Of a stretch of 64,000 bases of DNA, positions 38,847 through 51,414 are shown piece by piece. Numbering within the stretch: the stretch's first letter is position 1; every line of letters begins with the position of its first letter. Position numbers and translations under genes: made by a program. This stretch comes from Mobula hypostoma (Eukaryota). The stretch is taken from the NCBI RefSeq assembly GCF_963921235.1, contig NC_086097.1, positions 132,000,001-132,064,000 of the forward strand, read 5' to 3'. The notes beneath the pieces were generated by a model. It was not told where the DNA came from. It was given only the letters and a program-made list of their open reading frames with translations, and made no database searches.

Positions 38847-41128
38847 GTACCTCCTCCTATAGATGCTGCCTGGCCTGCTGCGTTCACCAGCATTTTTTGT
38901 GCGTGTTGCTTGAATTTCCAGCATCTGCAGATTCCCTTGTGTCAGCGATCTTATAGAGATGTACAAAATCATGAAGGGTATAGAAAGGGTGAACATATGG
39001 GTTTCTCCCCACCCCAGGGAAAAGAACGATAAACTGGAGGGCATAAATAGAGAGGTGAAAGATTTAAACAAGACCTGAGATATATCTTCTTCACACGGTA
39101 GGTGGTCAGGCTATGAAAAAAGCTGCCAGAGGAAGTTGTTGAGGCAAGTACATTAATAACGTGCAAAAAATATTTAGCACATAGACAGGAGGGGATGGGC
39201 TATGGGTTGCAGTGCACCATGGTCAGCCTGGGTGAGTTAGGGCAAGGGCTTCTTTCCATAATGTATTACTCTACGACTCTGACTCTCTTTTTCTATACAT
39301 CCAGTTAGGTGAATCACATTTAGGTCCAGTTAAGAGAGCTACACACAAGCCCTGACCAGTTAAGTATGGTAGGTTTCTTAACCTGTCACTCATTAATGAA
39401 CCACTTTGGATTTTTACAACAATCTGACAGTTTCCTGGTCACATTTACTGGCAGAGCGTTTTATTAACGAGCTTCTGTTTCAAGAAAAGATGAACTTAAG
39501 TGCTCAAGCCCTTGTGGTGTGAGTTGAACTCATGTTCTTTGGATTATTAGCCTGGGTTCGGTTCAATAATCCAATTAGATCCTCTCTAACATCCTGCATC
39601 ATGAGGAGCAGTATATTTTTAGTGTGATAGGGATTAAAGCAAGAGTTACTTTGGTAGGCCGTTTTAAATGAGGAATTAGCATTTTGTTCTGATGGTGCAG
39701 TAGTTAGCGCTTCTTTCTCACTCCATCAGTGATCCGAGTTCCGTCTTGACTTCGGGTACTGCGTGAACTCAGCATATTCTCCTCTTCAGTGGATGAGTCT
39801 CCCTCTGTGCCATCCTAAAGACAAAGTAAATTTGTCATCAAAGTATATATATATATATATCACCATATACAACCCTGCGATTCATTTTCTTTAGAGCGTT
39901 CAGAGTAAATAAAAAGAAACACAATTGAAGACCACACAAAACAAGATGGATGAACAGCTTTTGAGCAAAAGACGACAAACTGTGCAAATACTTAAAAAAC
40001 AATTAAATAATAAATAAATAGGCAATAAATATTGAGATCATGAGATGAAGAGACCATTAAAATGAGTCTAGTGTTCAGTGTTGGGGGTGAGGAGAGTTGA
40101 GTGAAATTATTCCCTTTGATTCAACAGCCTGATGGTTGAGGGATAACTGTTCCTGAGGCTCCAGTACCTCCTTCCTGATAGCAGTATTGAGAAGAGAGCA
40201 TGGTCTGGATGGTGTGAGTCCCTTGTGATGGATGCTGCATTCCTGTGACAGTGCTCCATGTAGATGTGCTTAAAGATGGGGAGGGCTTTATCCATGATGG
40301 TCTGGCCTATATCCACTACTTTTTGTAGGCTTTTCCATTCAAGACATTAGTGCTTCCATACCAGACCATGATATAATCAGTCAAAATACTTTCTACCACA
40401 CATTTACAGAAATTTGTCAAAGTTTTAGATGACATGCCAAATCTTCACACATATCTAAGAAAGTAGAGGCACCACTATGCTTTCTATATAATTGCACTTA
40501 TGTGCTGGACGCAGGATGGATCCTCTGAAATGATAGCACTGAGGAATTTAAAGTTGCTGACCCTCTGCACCTCTGAGACCCCGATGAAGTCTAGCTCATA
40601 CACCTCCGGTTTTCTCCTGAAGTCAATAATCAGTGATTTGGTCTTGCTGACATTGAGAGAGATTGTTGTCGTGGCATTATTCAGCCAGATTTTCAATCTC
40701 CCTCCTACATGCTGATCCATCAACACTTTTGATTTGACCAATGACAATAGTGTTGTGAGCAAACTTAAATATGGCATTCGAGCTGTACTGAGCTACACAG
40801 TCATGTGTAAAGCGAATACAACAGGGGGCCAGGCACACAGCCTTGCAGTGCACCTGTGCTGATGGTGATTGTTGAGGAGATGTTGTTGCCAGTCCAAACT
40901 GACTAGAGTCTGCAAGTGAGGAAATCAAAGATCCAATTGCACAAAGAGGTATTGAGACCTATGTCTTGTAGCGTATTGATTAGTTTTAAATAGCTGATAG
41001 TATTGAATGGTGAGCTGTAGTCAATGAAGGGCATTCTGATGTATGCATCTTCAAAGTCCAGATGTTCCAGGATTGAATGAAGAGCCAACAAAATGATATC
41101 TGCTGTTGACTTGTTGTGACAAAGGCAA

Positions 41129-42211
41129 ATGGGATTTGACAAGGTCCCACATAGGAGATTAGTGTGCAAACTTAAAGCACACGGTATTGGGGGTAAGGTA
41201 TTGGTGTGGGTGGAGAATTGGTTAGCAGACAGGAAGCAAAGAGTGGGAATAAACGGGACCTTTTCAGAATGGCAGGCGGTGACTAGTGGGGTACCGCAAG
41301 GCTCAGTGCTGGGACCCCAGTTGTTTACAATATATATTAATGACTTGGATGAGGGAATTAAATGCAGCATCTCCAAGTTTGCGGATGACACGAAGCTGGG
41401 TGGCAGTGTTAGCAGTGAGGAGGATGCTAAGAGGATGCAGGGTGACTTGGATAGGTTGGGTGAGTGGGCAAACTCATGGCAGATGCAATTTAATGTGGAT
41501 AAATGTGAAGTTATCCACTTTGGTGGCAAAAATAGGAAAACAGATTATTATCTGAATGGTGGCCGATTAGGAAAAGGGGAGGTGCAACGAGACCTGGGTG
41601 TCATTATACACCAGTCATTGAAAGTGGGCATGCAGGTACAGCAGGCGGTGAAAAAGGCGAACGGTATGCTGGCATTTATAGCGAGAGGATTCGAGTACAG
41701 GAGCAGGGAGGTACTACTGCAGTTGTACAAGGCCTTGGTGAGACCACACCTGGAGTATTGTGTGCAGTTTTGGTCCCCTAATCTGAGGAAAGACATCTTT
41801 GCCATAGAGGGAGTACAAAGAAGGTTCACCAGATTGATTCCTGGGATGGCAGGTCTTTCATATGAAGAAAGACTGGATGAACTGGGCTTGTACTCGTTGG
41901 AATTTAGAAGATTGAGGGGGGATCTGATTGAAACGTATAAGATCCTAAAGGGATTGGACAGGCTAGATGCGGGAAGATTGTTCCCGATGTTGGGGAGGTC
42001 TAGAACGAGGGGTCACAGTTTGAGGATAGAGGGGAAGCCTTTTAGGACCGAGTTTAGGAAAAACTTCTTCACACAGAGAGTGGTGAATCTGTGGAATTCT
42101 CTGCCACAGCAAACTGTTGAGGCCAGTTCATTAGCTATGTTTAAAAGGAAGTTAGATATGGCCCTTGTGGCTACAGGGGTCAGGGGGTATGGAGGGAAGG
42201 CTGGGTTCTGA
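41129..42211 (+). CDS. CR1 ORF2 reverse transcriptase (truncated; the ATG comes from the flanking junction)
   Basis: [45 protein letters not shown]; 360 aa without a stop. Confidence 0.85.
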   Translation: MGFDKVPHRRLVCKLKAHGIGGKVLVWVENWLADRKQRVGINGTFSEWQAVTSGVPQGSVLGPQLFTIYINDLDEGIKCSISKFADDTKLGGSVSSEEDAKRMQGDLDRLGEWANSWQMQFNVDKCEVIHFGGKNRKTDYYLNGGRLGKGEVQRDLGVIIHQSLKVGMQVQQAVKKANGMLAFIARGFEYRSREVLLQLYKALVRPHLEYCVQFWSPNLRKDIFAIEGVQRRFTRLIPGMAGLSYEERLDELGLYSLEFRRLRGDLIETYKILKGLDRLDAGRLFPMLGRSRTRGHSLRIEGKPFRTEFRKNFFTQRVVNLWNSLPQQTVEASSLAMFKRKLDMALVATGVRGYGGKAGF

Positions 42212-42308
42212 GTTGGATGATCAGCCATGATCATAATAAATGGCGGTGCAGGCTCGAAGGGCCGAATGGCCTACTCCTGCACCTATTTTCTATGTTTCTA
42301 TGTTTCTA
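41135..42308 (+). mobile_element. Young 5'-truncated CR1 (HER1-like) LINE
   Basis: Uninterrupted RT frame, 3' UTR, (TTTCTATG)n tail. Confidence 0.95.
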
Positions 42309-43755
42309 TCATTGTGGATGTAAGTGCAACTAGGTGCTAGTCATTGAGGCAGGTTGCCATATTTTTCTTGTGCGCTGGTATAGCTGAGGCCTGCTTAAAG
42401 CAGGTGGGTACCTCCAGAATGCCAAAGCAAGAGGTTAGGGAGCTTAGTGAACACTCTGGCTAGCTGATCAGCACAGGTCTTTAGTACTTGGGAAGGTACC
42501 TTGTCTGGGCCAGATGGTCTCTATGCGTTCACCCTCTTGAAGGATGTTCTCATGTCGGCCTCTGAGACTGGAAACACAGGGTCATTGGGGGTTGTGGGGG
42601 TTTGTGAAGATGCCTCCTTATTCAAGGTGAGCAGAAAAGGCGTTGAGCTCATCTGGGAGCAAAACCTTTTTGGCTCCTATATTGCTGATTTCACTTTGTA
42701 GGAGGTGATTGCATTTAAGTCTAGGTACAGCTGTTGAACACCCCTCAGTGATTCAAGTTTTGTCCAGAAATGTCACTTTGCACCTAAGGTGGCTTTCCAG
42801 AGGTCATACCAGAACCTTTTGTATTTTACTTGGTCACCAGATAAAAATGCCACTGATCTGGCCCTCAGAAGGCTGTGGATCTCTTGGCTCATCCAGAGCT
42901 TCTGTTTGGGGAAGACCTTGAATGATTTTGTGGTGCCATACTTGTCTAAGACTGTTTCTATGAAGTCCATGACAACTATGGAAAATTTGTTCACATCCTC
43001 TGATGAGTCCTTGAACATGGCCCAGTCCACCAATTCGAAGGAATCCCATAGCTGCTCCTCTGCCTCCTGCGGCCACCTGCCCTTATCGATGGAGTCTTGC
43101 TCTGTAGCCTCTGTCTGTATGCAGGTAAAAGGAGAACAGCCAGATGATCAGAATTTCCAAAATGCATTCTAGGCATGTAACGGTAGGTATTCCTAGTCAT
43201 AGTATAACAATGGTCAAGCGTGTCGGGACCCCTTGTTCTGCAGGTGATACATTGATGATAATTGGGCAGTGATTCCTCAAACAAGCCCGCATGAAGCCCC
43301 GATAATAATTTGAAAGGCATTGAGGTAGGCTGTTTCTGGTTTGCTGATCATGGCTCTCAATACCTCTAGAGCTTGTTTAACATTGGCCTTTGGCAGCATG
43401 TAAATTGTGGTCAAGCTCATGGAGGAGAAAACTCTGGGTATGTAGAATGGTAGAATGGATGGCACTTAATTATTTGATGTTCCAGGTTAAGGAAACAAGA
43501 ATGACAGGACCACTTACATCTGAGCACCACAATGAGTTTATCGTGAAACACAAAACTCCATCTTCTGCCCTCTTTGAATCAGCAATCTGGTCCTTCTGGT
43601 GGATTGAGAAGCCCTTGCATCTTACTGACATGTCTGGCTTGTCTGGAATGAACCATGTCTCTGTGAAGCAGATAATGCAGTAGTCTCTCATTTCCCTCTG
43701 ATACAGCAATCTTGTCCTTGAGTCCTCAATGCTGTTCTCCAGTGACTGTACATTT

Positions 43756-45428
43756 CAGAATCAGAATCAGCTTTATTATCAGTGGCATGAATTGTGAAAT
43801 TTGTTAACTTAGCAGCAGCAGTACATTACAAATATGATAATATAGACAGAAAAATAAATAATAAATAAATAACTCAATTACAGTAGTCATATCTGTATAT
43901 TGAATAGATTAAAAATAGTGCAAAAACAGAAATAATATATACTTAAAAAGTGAGGCAGTGTTCATGGGCTCAATGTCCATTTAGAAATCAGATGGCAGAG
44001 GGGAAGAAGCTGTTCCTGAATTGCTGATTGTGTGCCTTCAGGCTTCTGTACCTCCTTCCTCCTGGTAACAATCAGAAGAGGGCATGTCCTGGGTGATGGT
44101 AGTCCTTAATGATGGATGTCACCTTTCTGGAGCACCAGTTCTTGAAGTTGTCTTGGGAACCATAGAGGTTAGTACCCAAGATGGAGCTGACTAATTTTGC
44201 AACTTTCTGTAGCCTCTTTTGGCCTTGTGCAATAGCCACCCCCATACCATACTATGGTGCAGCCTGTCTGAATGTTGTCCATGATATATCTACAGAAGTT
44301 TTTGAGTGTCTTAGTTGACAAACCAAATCTGTTTAAACTCCTAATAAAATATAGCCACTGTGTTGCCTTCTTTACTGCTGAATCGATATGTTGGGACCAG
44401 GTTAGAACCTCAGAGATCTTGACACCCAGGCACTTGAAATTGCTCACTTTCTTCACTTCTGATCCCTCTATGAGTATCAGTTCATGTTTCCTCATCTTAC
44501 CCTTCCTGAAGTCCACAATCAGCTCTTTCCACAAGACCATAAGACCATAAGACATAGGAGTGGAATTAGGCCATTTGGCCAATCAAGTTTGCTCCACCAT
44601 TCAATAATGGCTGATCCTTTTTATTCCCTCCTCAGCTGCACTCCTTGGCCTTCTCCCTGTAACCCCTGATGCCACGGTCAATCAAGAACCCATTAATCTC
44701 TGCCTTTGGTACACACAATGACCTTGCCTCAACAGCTGCCTGTGGTAACAAATTCCACAAATTCACCGCCCTCTGACTAAAGAAGTTTCTCCCCATCTCT
44801 GTTTTAAATGGTTGCTCCTCTATTCTGAGGCTGTACCCTCTTGTCCAAGACTCCCCCAAAATGGGAAACATTCTTTCCACATCTACTTTGTCTCGGCCTT
44901 TCAACTTTTGAAAGGTTTCAATGAGATTCCCACTCATCCTTCTAAATTCCAGTGAGTACAGGTCCAGAGCCATCAAACGTTCCTCATAAGATAACCCTTT
45001 CATTGCACTTGCCTTCCTCACCACCGTACTGACATTGAGTGTAAGCTTCTTGCTGCGACACCACTCAACTAATTATATCTCACTTCCATATGCCCTTTCA
45101 ACTCCATCTGAGATTCTACCAACAATGGTTGTATCATCAGCAAATTTATAGTTGGTATTTGGGCTAACCACACAGTCATGGGTATAGAGGGAGTAGAGCA
45201 GTGGGTTAAGCACACATCCCTGGGGTGTGCCAATGTTGAGTGTCAGCAAGGAGGAGATATTTTCATTAATCCGCACAGAATGCAGTTTTCTGGTTAGGAA
45301 GTTGGGGATACAGTTGCAGTGGGAGGTGCAGGGGCCAAAGTTCTTTCACTTATTGATCAGGACCGTGGGATATTAAATGTTGAGGTATAGTCAACGATGA
45401 GCATCCTCACATTAGTGTTTGTATGCTG
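43756..45428 (-). mobile_element. Second Rex/Babar LINE nested in the first, itself split by a CR1
   Basis: (AATCAG)n tail; GTPQGCVLNPLLYSLYTHDC..KFADDTT; flanking duplication acattt (43750-43755, 45429-45434). Confidence 0.85.
44530..45025 (-). mobile_element. CR1 3' fragment with (ACCATAAG)n tail
   Basis: [41 protein letters not shown]. Confidence 0.88.
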
Positions 45429-46883
45429 ACATTTGCTACCAAAATAATGGATAGACATAGTCGTACACCTTAATATTTTAATCTGGCTTGGAGTCCTCCT
45501 TTCCGTTCTCACTTCTGGCCATGGCACCTTTGCCTGCTTAAAGATGCTGTACTTGGATTACTGAGAGTTAAGTCGACCGAGTCCTTCGGAAGATCGTGAA
45601 ATTGTTAGTTTATTGAGACGGTTCAAAAGAATTTTACTGAGTGGGAAATTACAGACTGCAGATTGCATTTAGAGTAGTTCAGAAGAAGTAGATTTAGTCT
45701 GTAAACTGCTGCAAAGCATCACCGTCACGTGTTTCACCAGCAACACCTTGATACATGTAACAGGAGTTAACAAGTTTACCAGTTTACCAAATTTAGTTGA
45801 CCACTGTAAATTTCCTCTCAGTGAAGGTAAGTGGTAGAGGTCTCAAAAGCAATATGAGAGAGAATAAGCTGTAGGGATTCAACTGGCTGGATGAGCTCCT
45901 TCGAGCTACATGCTCCAAGGTTAGCAACAATGATATCTGGTATTGTGGGATAAGGTGATAATTAATCTTGCTTTTTCATGATTATTTGTTAGAACTGAAG
46001 ATATTTTGATCAATTTTTATATATCTTTACAATTATGATTAATTAAACCTTTTGAATATCTCTGACCAACAGGAACTTAAAAATGATTCATGATCCTTTG
46101 AAGGACAGTGAGGCAAAGGAAGAGCCTCTTGCTCAATGCCCTTCAACTCATTTGGTATCTGCATCCAAGAAAGATAAGTGTGGGTGAGAGCGGAATCTGG
46201 GCAGTGGGCTGGGTCCCCCTTGATCTGCTGTGCTGAGGTGTAAAGGTGCAATGGTAGGAAGAGTGGCTAAATATATATCAAATGTTTGTACTATAGAAAC
46301 CTACTGAGTCTGTTAGCTGTAATGGTAGGGAGAAAAAATCAAAGTCAAGTTCAAAGTACATATTATTGTCATATGTACAAGTAGATGTATTCACAGATAC
46401 AATGAAAAACTTGCAAAAAGTGTCACAGGCACATGGCATCAGATACACAAGATTCACAAGAAAAACATAAAACAAACATAAATTAGATACACTTTACAAG
46501 GGACAACATGGTTAGCACAAAAATAAAGTCCATTGTAATGGATAATGGAAAACTGAATTTTTTCAATAACAATGTCAAGCATAATCTGATTTCCTTCTTT
46601 GCTGTTCCTTGCGATCGAAAATTCCTTTCCAGTTCTGTGGTTGGTAAGTTCAATGTGAAACCTACAGACTCTGCTACGGATGGGGCAAAAAGTGGATGAT
46701 GGATCAGGGGATGGTGGTTTGTTTCTGTTGTTTGTTCTTGGCCTCTGTGTGATCCAGTCGTTGAGCCATAAATAACTTTGTGAATGCTTTTCCAGTCTGA
46801 GCAGTGCAGACCAGGGTACTTACGTGAGTTGATAAGCCCATGACATTGTTTCAGGATGATTTGGCAATCATCCATGATTGTTT

Positions 46884-46952
46884 TTCCTAGAGACCTCTTC
46901 CTGGAGATGCTGCCTGGCCTGCTGCGTTCGCCAGCAACTTTAATGTGTGTTG
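46884..46952 (+). mobile_element. Tiny PLE tail insertion
   Basis: Flanked by atccatgattgttt (46870-46883) / atccatgattcttt (46953-46966). Confidence 0.7.
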
Positions 46953-47006
46953 ATCCATGATTCTTTTCCTCTTTCCTCTTGCTGTGACAGAGTATGGTAT
47001 AGAATG

Positions 47007-47181
47007 CAATCAAGAGGAAATCTGCAGATGCTGGAATTTCAAGCAACACACATAAAAGTTGCTGGTGAACGCAGCAGGCCAGGCAGCATCTCTAGGAAGA
47101 GGTACAGTTGACGTTTTGGGCTGAGACCCTTCGTCAGGACTAACTGAAAACTAGCTCTTCACCAGCAACTTTTATGTGTGT
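47007..47181. mobile_element. Short two-armed PLE insertion
   Basis: TSD gtatggtatagaatg (46992-47006) / gtacggtatagaatg (47182-47196); long minus arm with a degenerate hammerhead, ~24-bp plus arm. Confidence 0.85.
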
Positions 47182-48144
47182 GTACGGTATAGAATGGCTG
47201 CTTCAGGAGTCTGCTGTGAGATGATATTGGCATTGATACAGTCATCTAACCAATAGATTTGGAAGATTGGGCAAATATAGCATTGGCGATATCTCTCCCA
47301 TGCTTTGAGATCCTGCTCTGAGTAGAAATCATTGCTGTCTTATAGAACTTAAGCTTGGTGTCAAGTCTTGGTCTTCGAACTACCTTTGCCTTAAAGGCTG
47401 TACTGCTGCAGTGGAGATAGTTGTAAATTTCATCATCAAATCTGCTTCACGTTGCTCTAATATATGGGAAGTGGTCCATGTTTGCCAGCGTGTTGTGAAT
47501 TTAGATTGTCAGGAGTTGATGTGGTGTGTGGGCAGACTGGTAGAACCCTCACAGATGTTTACTGTGAGTTCCATCTTCATGTACAATACATGTGTGTGCA
47601 GTAACATCAATCACCTGAAACAACCTTTCAAATAAAGCTTTCATGTGAGAAAGTGTCATCTATGTGCTACAGCTTGATGACTGATATTGGAATGACCTTG
47701 ATTCTGAAAAAGTGGTCATGAAGGAAAAGCAGTTAGTGGAAATCAAGTAAAAATTGCAGATGCTAGAAATCTGAAATTAAAAATAAAATGCTGGAAGCAC
47801 TCAGTAAGTCAGGCTGCATCCATAGAGAGAGATCATAGTCACTCTGTCAGAACTGGAAAAGAAAGAAAAGCATGATCGTTTTGACCTGAAATGTCTCCCT
47901 TTTCTTAGTAGAATTGGGGAAACAATTTAAGCTGTCGAGAAGGCCAGGAGGAAGGAATGGATAGGGCAAAGAAAATATTTGCTATAAAGTGACATTGAGG
48001 CTGAGTTTGCCATAGTGATAAGTCTGAGGACTTCGAACAGTAGAGCACAGGGACGTGACCTTTGACCCACAATACCTCTGCCAAACAATGCAGAAATAAA
48101 ACTAAGCAACAGACATAAAAATTGCTGGTGAACGCAGCGATGAA

Positions 48145-48645
48145 GTAAGTCTCCCTACCTGTCCATGATCCATATCCCTCCATTCCCCGGGTATACATTT
48201 GTCTATTTGAAAGCCTAAAAAAACACCACTGTCATACCGCTTCCCGCCATTACCCTGGCAGCCGATTCCAGGCACCCAGTTCTCTTTAGGTGAAAACACT
48301 TGTCCCGTGTATCCTTTTTAATTTTTTCCCCTTTCACTTTAAATGTATGTTCCTAATATTTGGCATTTCTGCCTGGAAAATTTATTCTGGATGTCTAGGC
48401 TACCAATACCTCTCATCATTTTATATACTTATTTCAGGTCTCCCCTCAGCCTCCAACATATCCGAGAAAACAATCCAAATTTGTCCACGCTCTCCTTATA
48501 GCTTATATGTTCTAACCCGGGCATCTTCCTGGTAAACCTCTGCTGCACCTTCTTCACAGTGTCCACATCCTTCTTGTAACGGGGAAACCAGAACTGCACA
48601 CACTGCTCCAAGTACAACCTAACCGAAGTTTTATATACCCACAAC
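48145..48645 (-). mobile_element. CR1 3' fragment
   Basis: VYKTSVRLYLEQCVQFWFPRYKKD..VQQRFTR..LRGDL. Confidence 0.75.
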
Positions 48646-48854
48646 ACAAGTTATGGTCGAAGATTTAATGGCAGTGGTCAGAGAGTGATAATACAGACAA
48701 AGAAGTGTAAAATCTTGTGAAATGCAGAGCTCTAGGACATGCCCGGCAGATCAGACTATACTGAAGGAGAGAGAAAATTTGAACCAATCATAGCTAATCA
48801 TTGACAGATGTACCTGTCACCTGTCAGGTGAGTTGTGACAGAAATAGGAAATGA

Positions 48855-49130
48855 TTTAGCGGTTAGCGCAACACTATTACAGCTCGGGGCAGCAGAGTTC
48901 AGAGTTCAATTCCAACATTCGCTGTAAGAAAGTTCGTATGTTCTCTCCTTGTGCATGTGGGTTTCCTCTGGGTACTCTGGTTGCCCTCCACAGTTCAAAG
49001 ACGTGCAGGTTAGTAGATTAATTGGTTATTGCAAATTGTCCTGTGATTGTATTAAAGTTAAATCGTTGGGTTGCTGGACGGTACAGCTTGTTGGGCTAGA
49101 AGGGCCTATTTCTCCAAATTAAATGAAATA
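48855..49130 (+). mobile_element. V-SINE (HE1-like)
   Basis: tRNA-like head (GAGTTCAATTCC) and gggtttcctctgggtactctggttgccctccacagttcaaagacg. Confidence 0.65.
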
Positions 49131-50957
49131 AAAAAAATCATTAAAATGTCCAATTCCAATTCATTTCCTAGCCCTTTTATTTGTGCTTTTTTTGCTGATT
49201 GCTTCCAGCATTATATTTGAGGTTGAACTTCCTGCTCACCAGTAGCTTGTTGAGGTGAAGGATTATACTGCTGGGCAGAAAAAGGAAAAGCTGGTCAGTG
49301 CATCAACACAATTCCATTTAACCCCAGTCTACAGAGGGATTGGCTATGTAATGGTCTCACTGGTTAGTACTATGACTTGCATATCATCAAGAGCTAAGTA
49401 TAAAATGCAATGCCATTCTTAATATTTCCAAAGTTGAATACTCCTTAACACAACACTGACATGATTAGTCCTGTAGATACTACTCCCATTTTTTAACAAG
49501 GAAAAAAAATTGTACAATATATCTCCTGATCTGAACTCTCCAACTAATCTACTATGGAAAAAAATGTTTGACTTGTCTCAGCCTCTTTTGCTGATTAATA
49601 TTTTTTGTCAATTTAAATCCAATTCGTAGAAAAATAAAATATTTGAACATAATTTATTAGAGTAAAAAATATCTTAGGAGTTTTATCCCAAATGTACATT
49701 TGATATTGTGTGCCCCCACAAAACACCCCATTTCCACTATTTATGTTGTGAACACATGACACTTACAATCAATTGCTGATAAAAATATAGGTCATAGTCT
49801 CTTTATTACTTTCCTGTTCTATTGCATTTTATTATTTATCCCTGCTTATAGATTTGTACATTTCCTAATTTTTGCTGCTATTATTGAAAAAATAAATCTT
49901 TTTAAATGGAAATTTCTAAGTCTAATTCAAACTCATCATGTAATGACATTTGGCATGATACAAAGCCCCAAGGTTCACTCTCCAACACAGTCAGAAATTT
50001 GTGCTGTGATGCACTCAACTTTCAAAATCTGGTTCAAAGTATTCTTAACAAAAGCAGCTAGAAGTGCACCCATTTTTCTGTTAAGAGCTTATATTAGTTT
50101 CTACTAAACTTACAAGTGTTTAACAATGTGACAAAAGAGCAGCAAGCTATTGGAAATCTGAGATTGAAATATGAAATACTATAAATATGCCAGCACAATG
50201 GAGCATTGAAGGGTTAGATTGAAAACCCAATACCAGTGCTCATGCTGCAGATATCCTGCCTCTACCTGAACTAGTTACTTGTCAGACTCTGCACATTGCA
50301 TAGGACACATTCATTTTCTGTTTCATATCAGAGCCAAGATGATCCTCCATAGGGTAACAGTACAGTCCAAATACTGATGATCATTTCCAACCCAAATGCA
50401 CTGTACCCTCTTCAAGAAGCAAGTAGGAACAAGTCTCGACAAGCTCCTGAATTGCCTAGGTATATGGGCCAATTGCTAGAAGATGAGATGAATGCAGATA
50501 TGTTCCCATAGGTCTGTATGCGCATTATGGGCTGAATGGCCTGTTTCTCTATGACTCTAGGTCACAAGCTTTCTCAAACTTCCTCTACCACTCAGATTCT
50601 CTGTTTCTACTTTCTTTTGGTTTAGTTGCATTTCAATAAAACAGTTCAGGAAGAGGGATTTTGGCCCAAAATGGCTTCACTGAGCATGATGTTGAATTAA
50701 TCTAAATCCTTTTAGCCTGTACATAATTCATAGACCCTCCATTCCCTTTATTTTCATGTGTCTGTATAACAGCCTCTTAAATGTCATGATCCACCACTCC
50801 CACTCACGACACCACCGACCTCCCAACACCGCCACCCCTCCCCCCTGCAGCCCTTTCCAGACTAATTAGCAGTGAAGTAGTCAAATGTTTTTAACAGAGA
50901 TGGGGGTTTGCTGATGTTGTGCCTTTTTGCCCCAAAAGGTGGCATTGAGAATAATAT

Positions 50958-51081
50958 AAAAACGCAAACACGAGGAAATCTGCAGATGCTGGAATTTCAA
51001 GCAACTCACATAAAAGTTGCTGGTGAACACAGCAGGCCAGGCAGCATCTGCTGCGTTCACCAGCAACTTTTATGTGTGTTG
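50958..51081. mobile_element. Minimal two-armed PLE insertion (hairpin)
   Basis: Imperfect TSD attgagaataatat (50944-50957) / attgagatgaatat (51082-51095); ~34-bp inverted arms. Confidence 0.8.
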
Positions 51082-51414
51082 ATTGAGATGAATATGTGGT
51101 TTGTGGTTATTGAGTTTGGATGGTGAGAAGACAGATTTACAGTACACAGGTTTGACAATAGTCTCCACTCTGCTGTCCAATGTTATTGTACCTTCACACT
51201 CATTGTTTGCAAGTATGGTTAGCTGCAGGTCATTAAAAGAGACATATTTCCTCAGAGTGGTCTCAGACTTGTATAAATGGAGCAAAACACTTGGCTATGG
51301 GAGAGTAGATGAGATCTGTCAAATGCCCAGGAGATTCCCCAACGGTCAAAGCAGACTGACAGCCGGGGGAAGATGGGCTAGTCTTGGCAGCGAACCTTGC
51401 ACGAATCAAAGGTT

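Larger units (their letters stand above)
36950..38944. mobile_element. Two-armed PLE forming a ~2-kb quasi-palindrome (minus arm to ~37930, plus arm from ~37931)
   Basis: Both arms encode the Cys linker and GIY-YIG (VIYCVRCSRYGLLYIGET); TSD gcaatcttataga (36937-36949) / gcgatcttataga (38945-38957). Confidence 0.92.
36280..39280 (+). mobile_element. Old CR1 fragment hit by two PLE insertions
   Basis: [18 protein letters not shown] and RRLRGNLIE|MYKIMKG resume across the inserts. Confidence 0.75.
39823..45760 (-). mobile_element. Near full-length decayed Rex/Babar LINE (APE endonuclease and RT), in three pieces: 39823-41130, 42309-43755, 45429-~45760
   Basis: LSIILVANVQSLEN (joined across the insert), [48 protein letters not shown]; 5' edge uncertain. 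Confidence 0.82.
46600..47640 (-). mobile_element. Old RTE-clade LINE remnant
   Basis: Degenerate MDHFPYI..DDEI..TKLKFYK and C-terminal CPIRSRVCRFHIELTNH (RTE CxxCxRxCxSxIGLxSH-like). Confidence 0.6.

Noticed and set aside
46483..47049. 188-aa minus-strand ORF
   Set aside because: A chimera of PLE tails and RTE remnant, largely read out of frame
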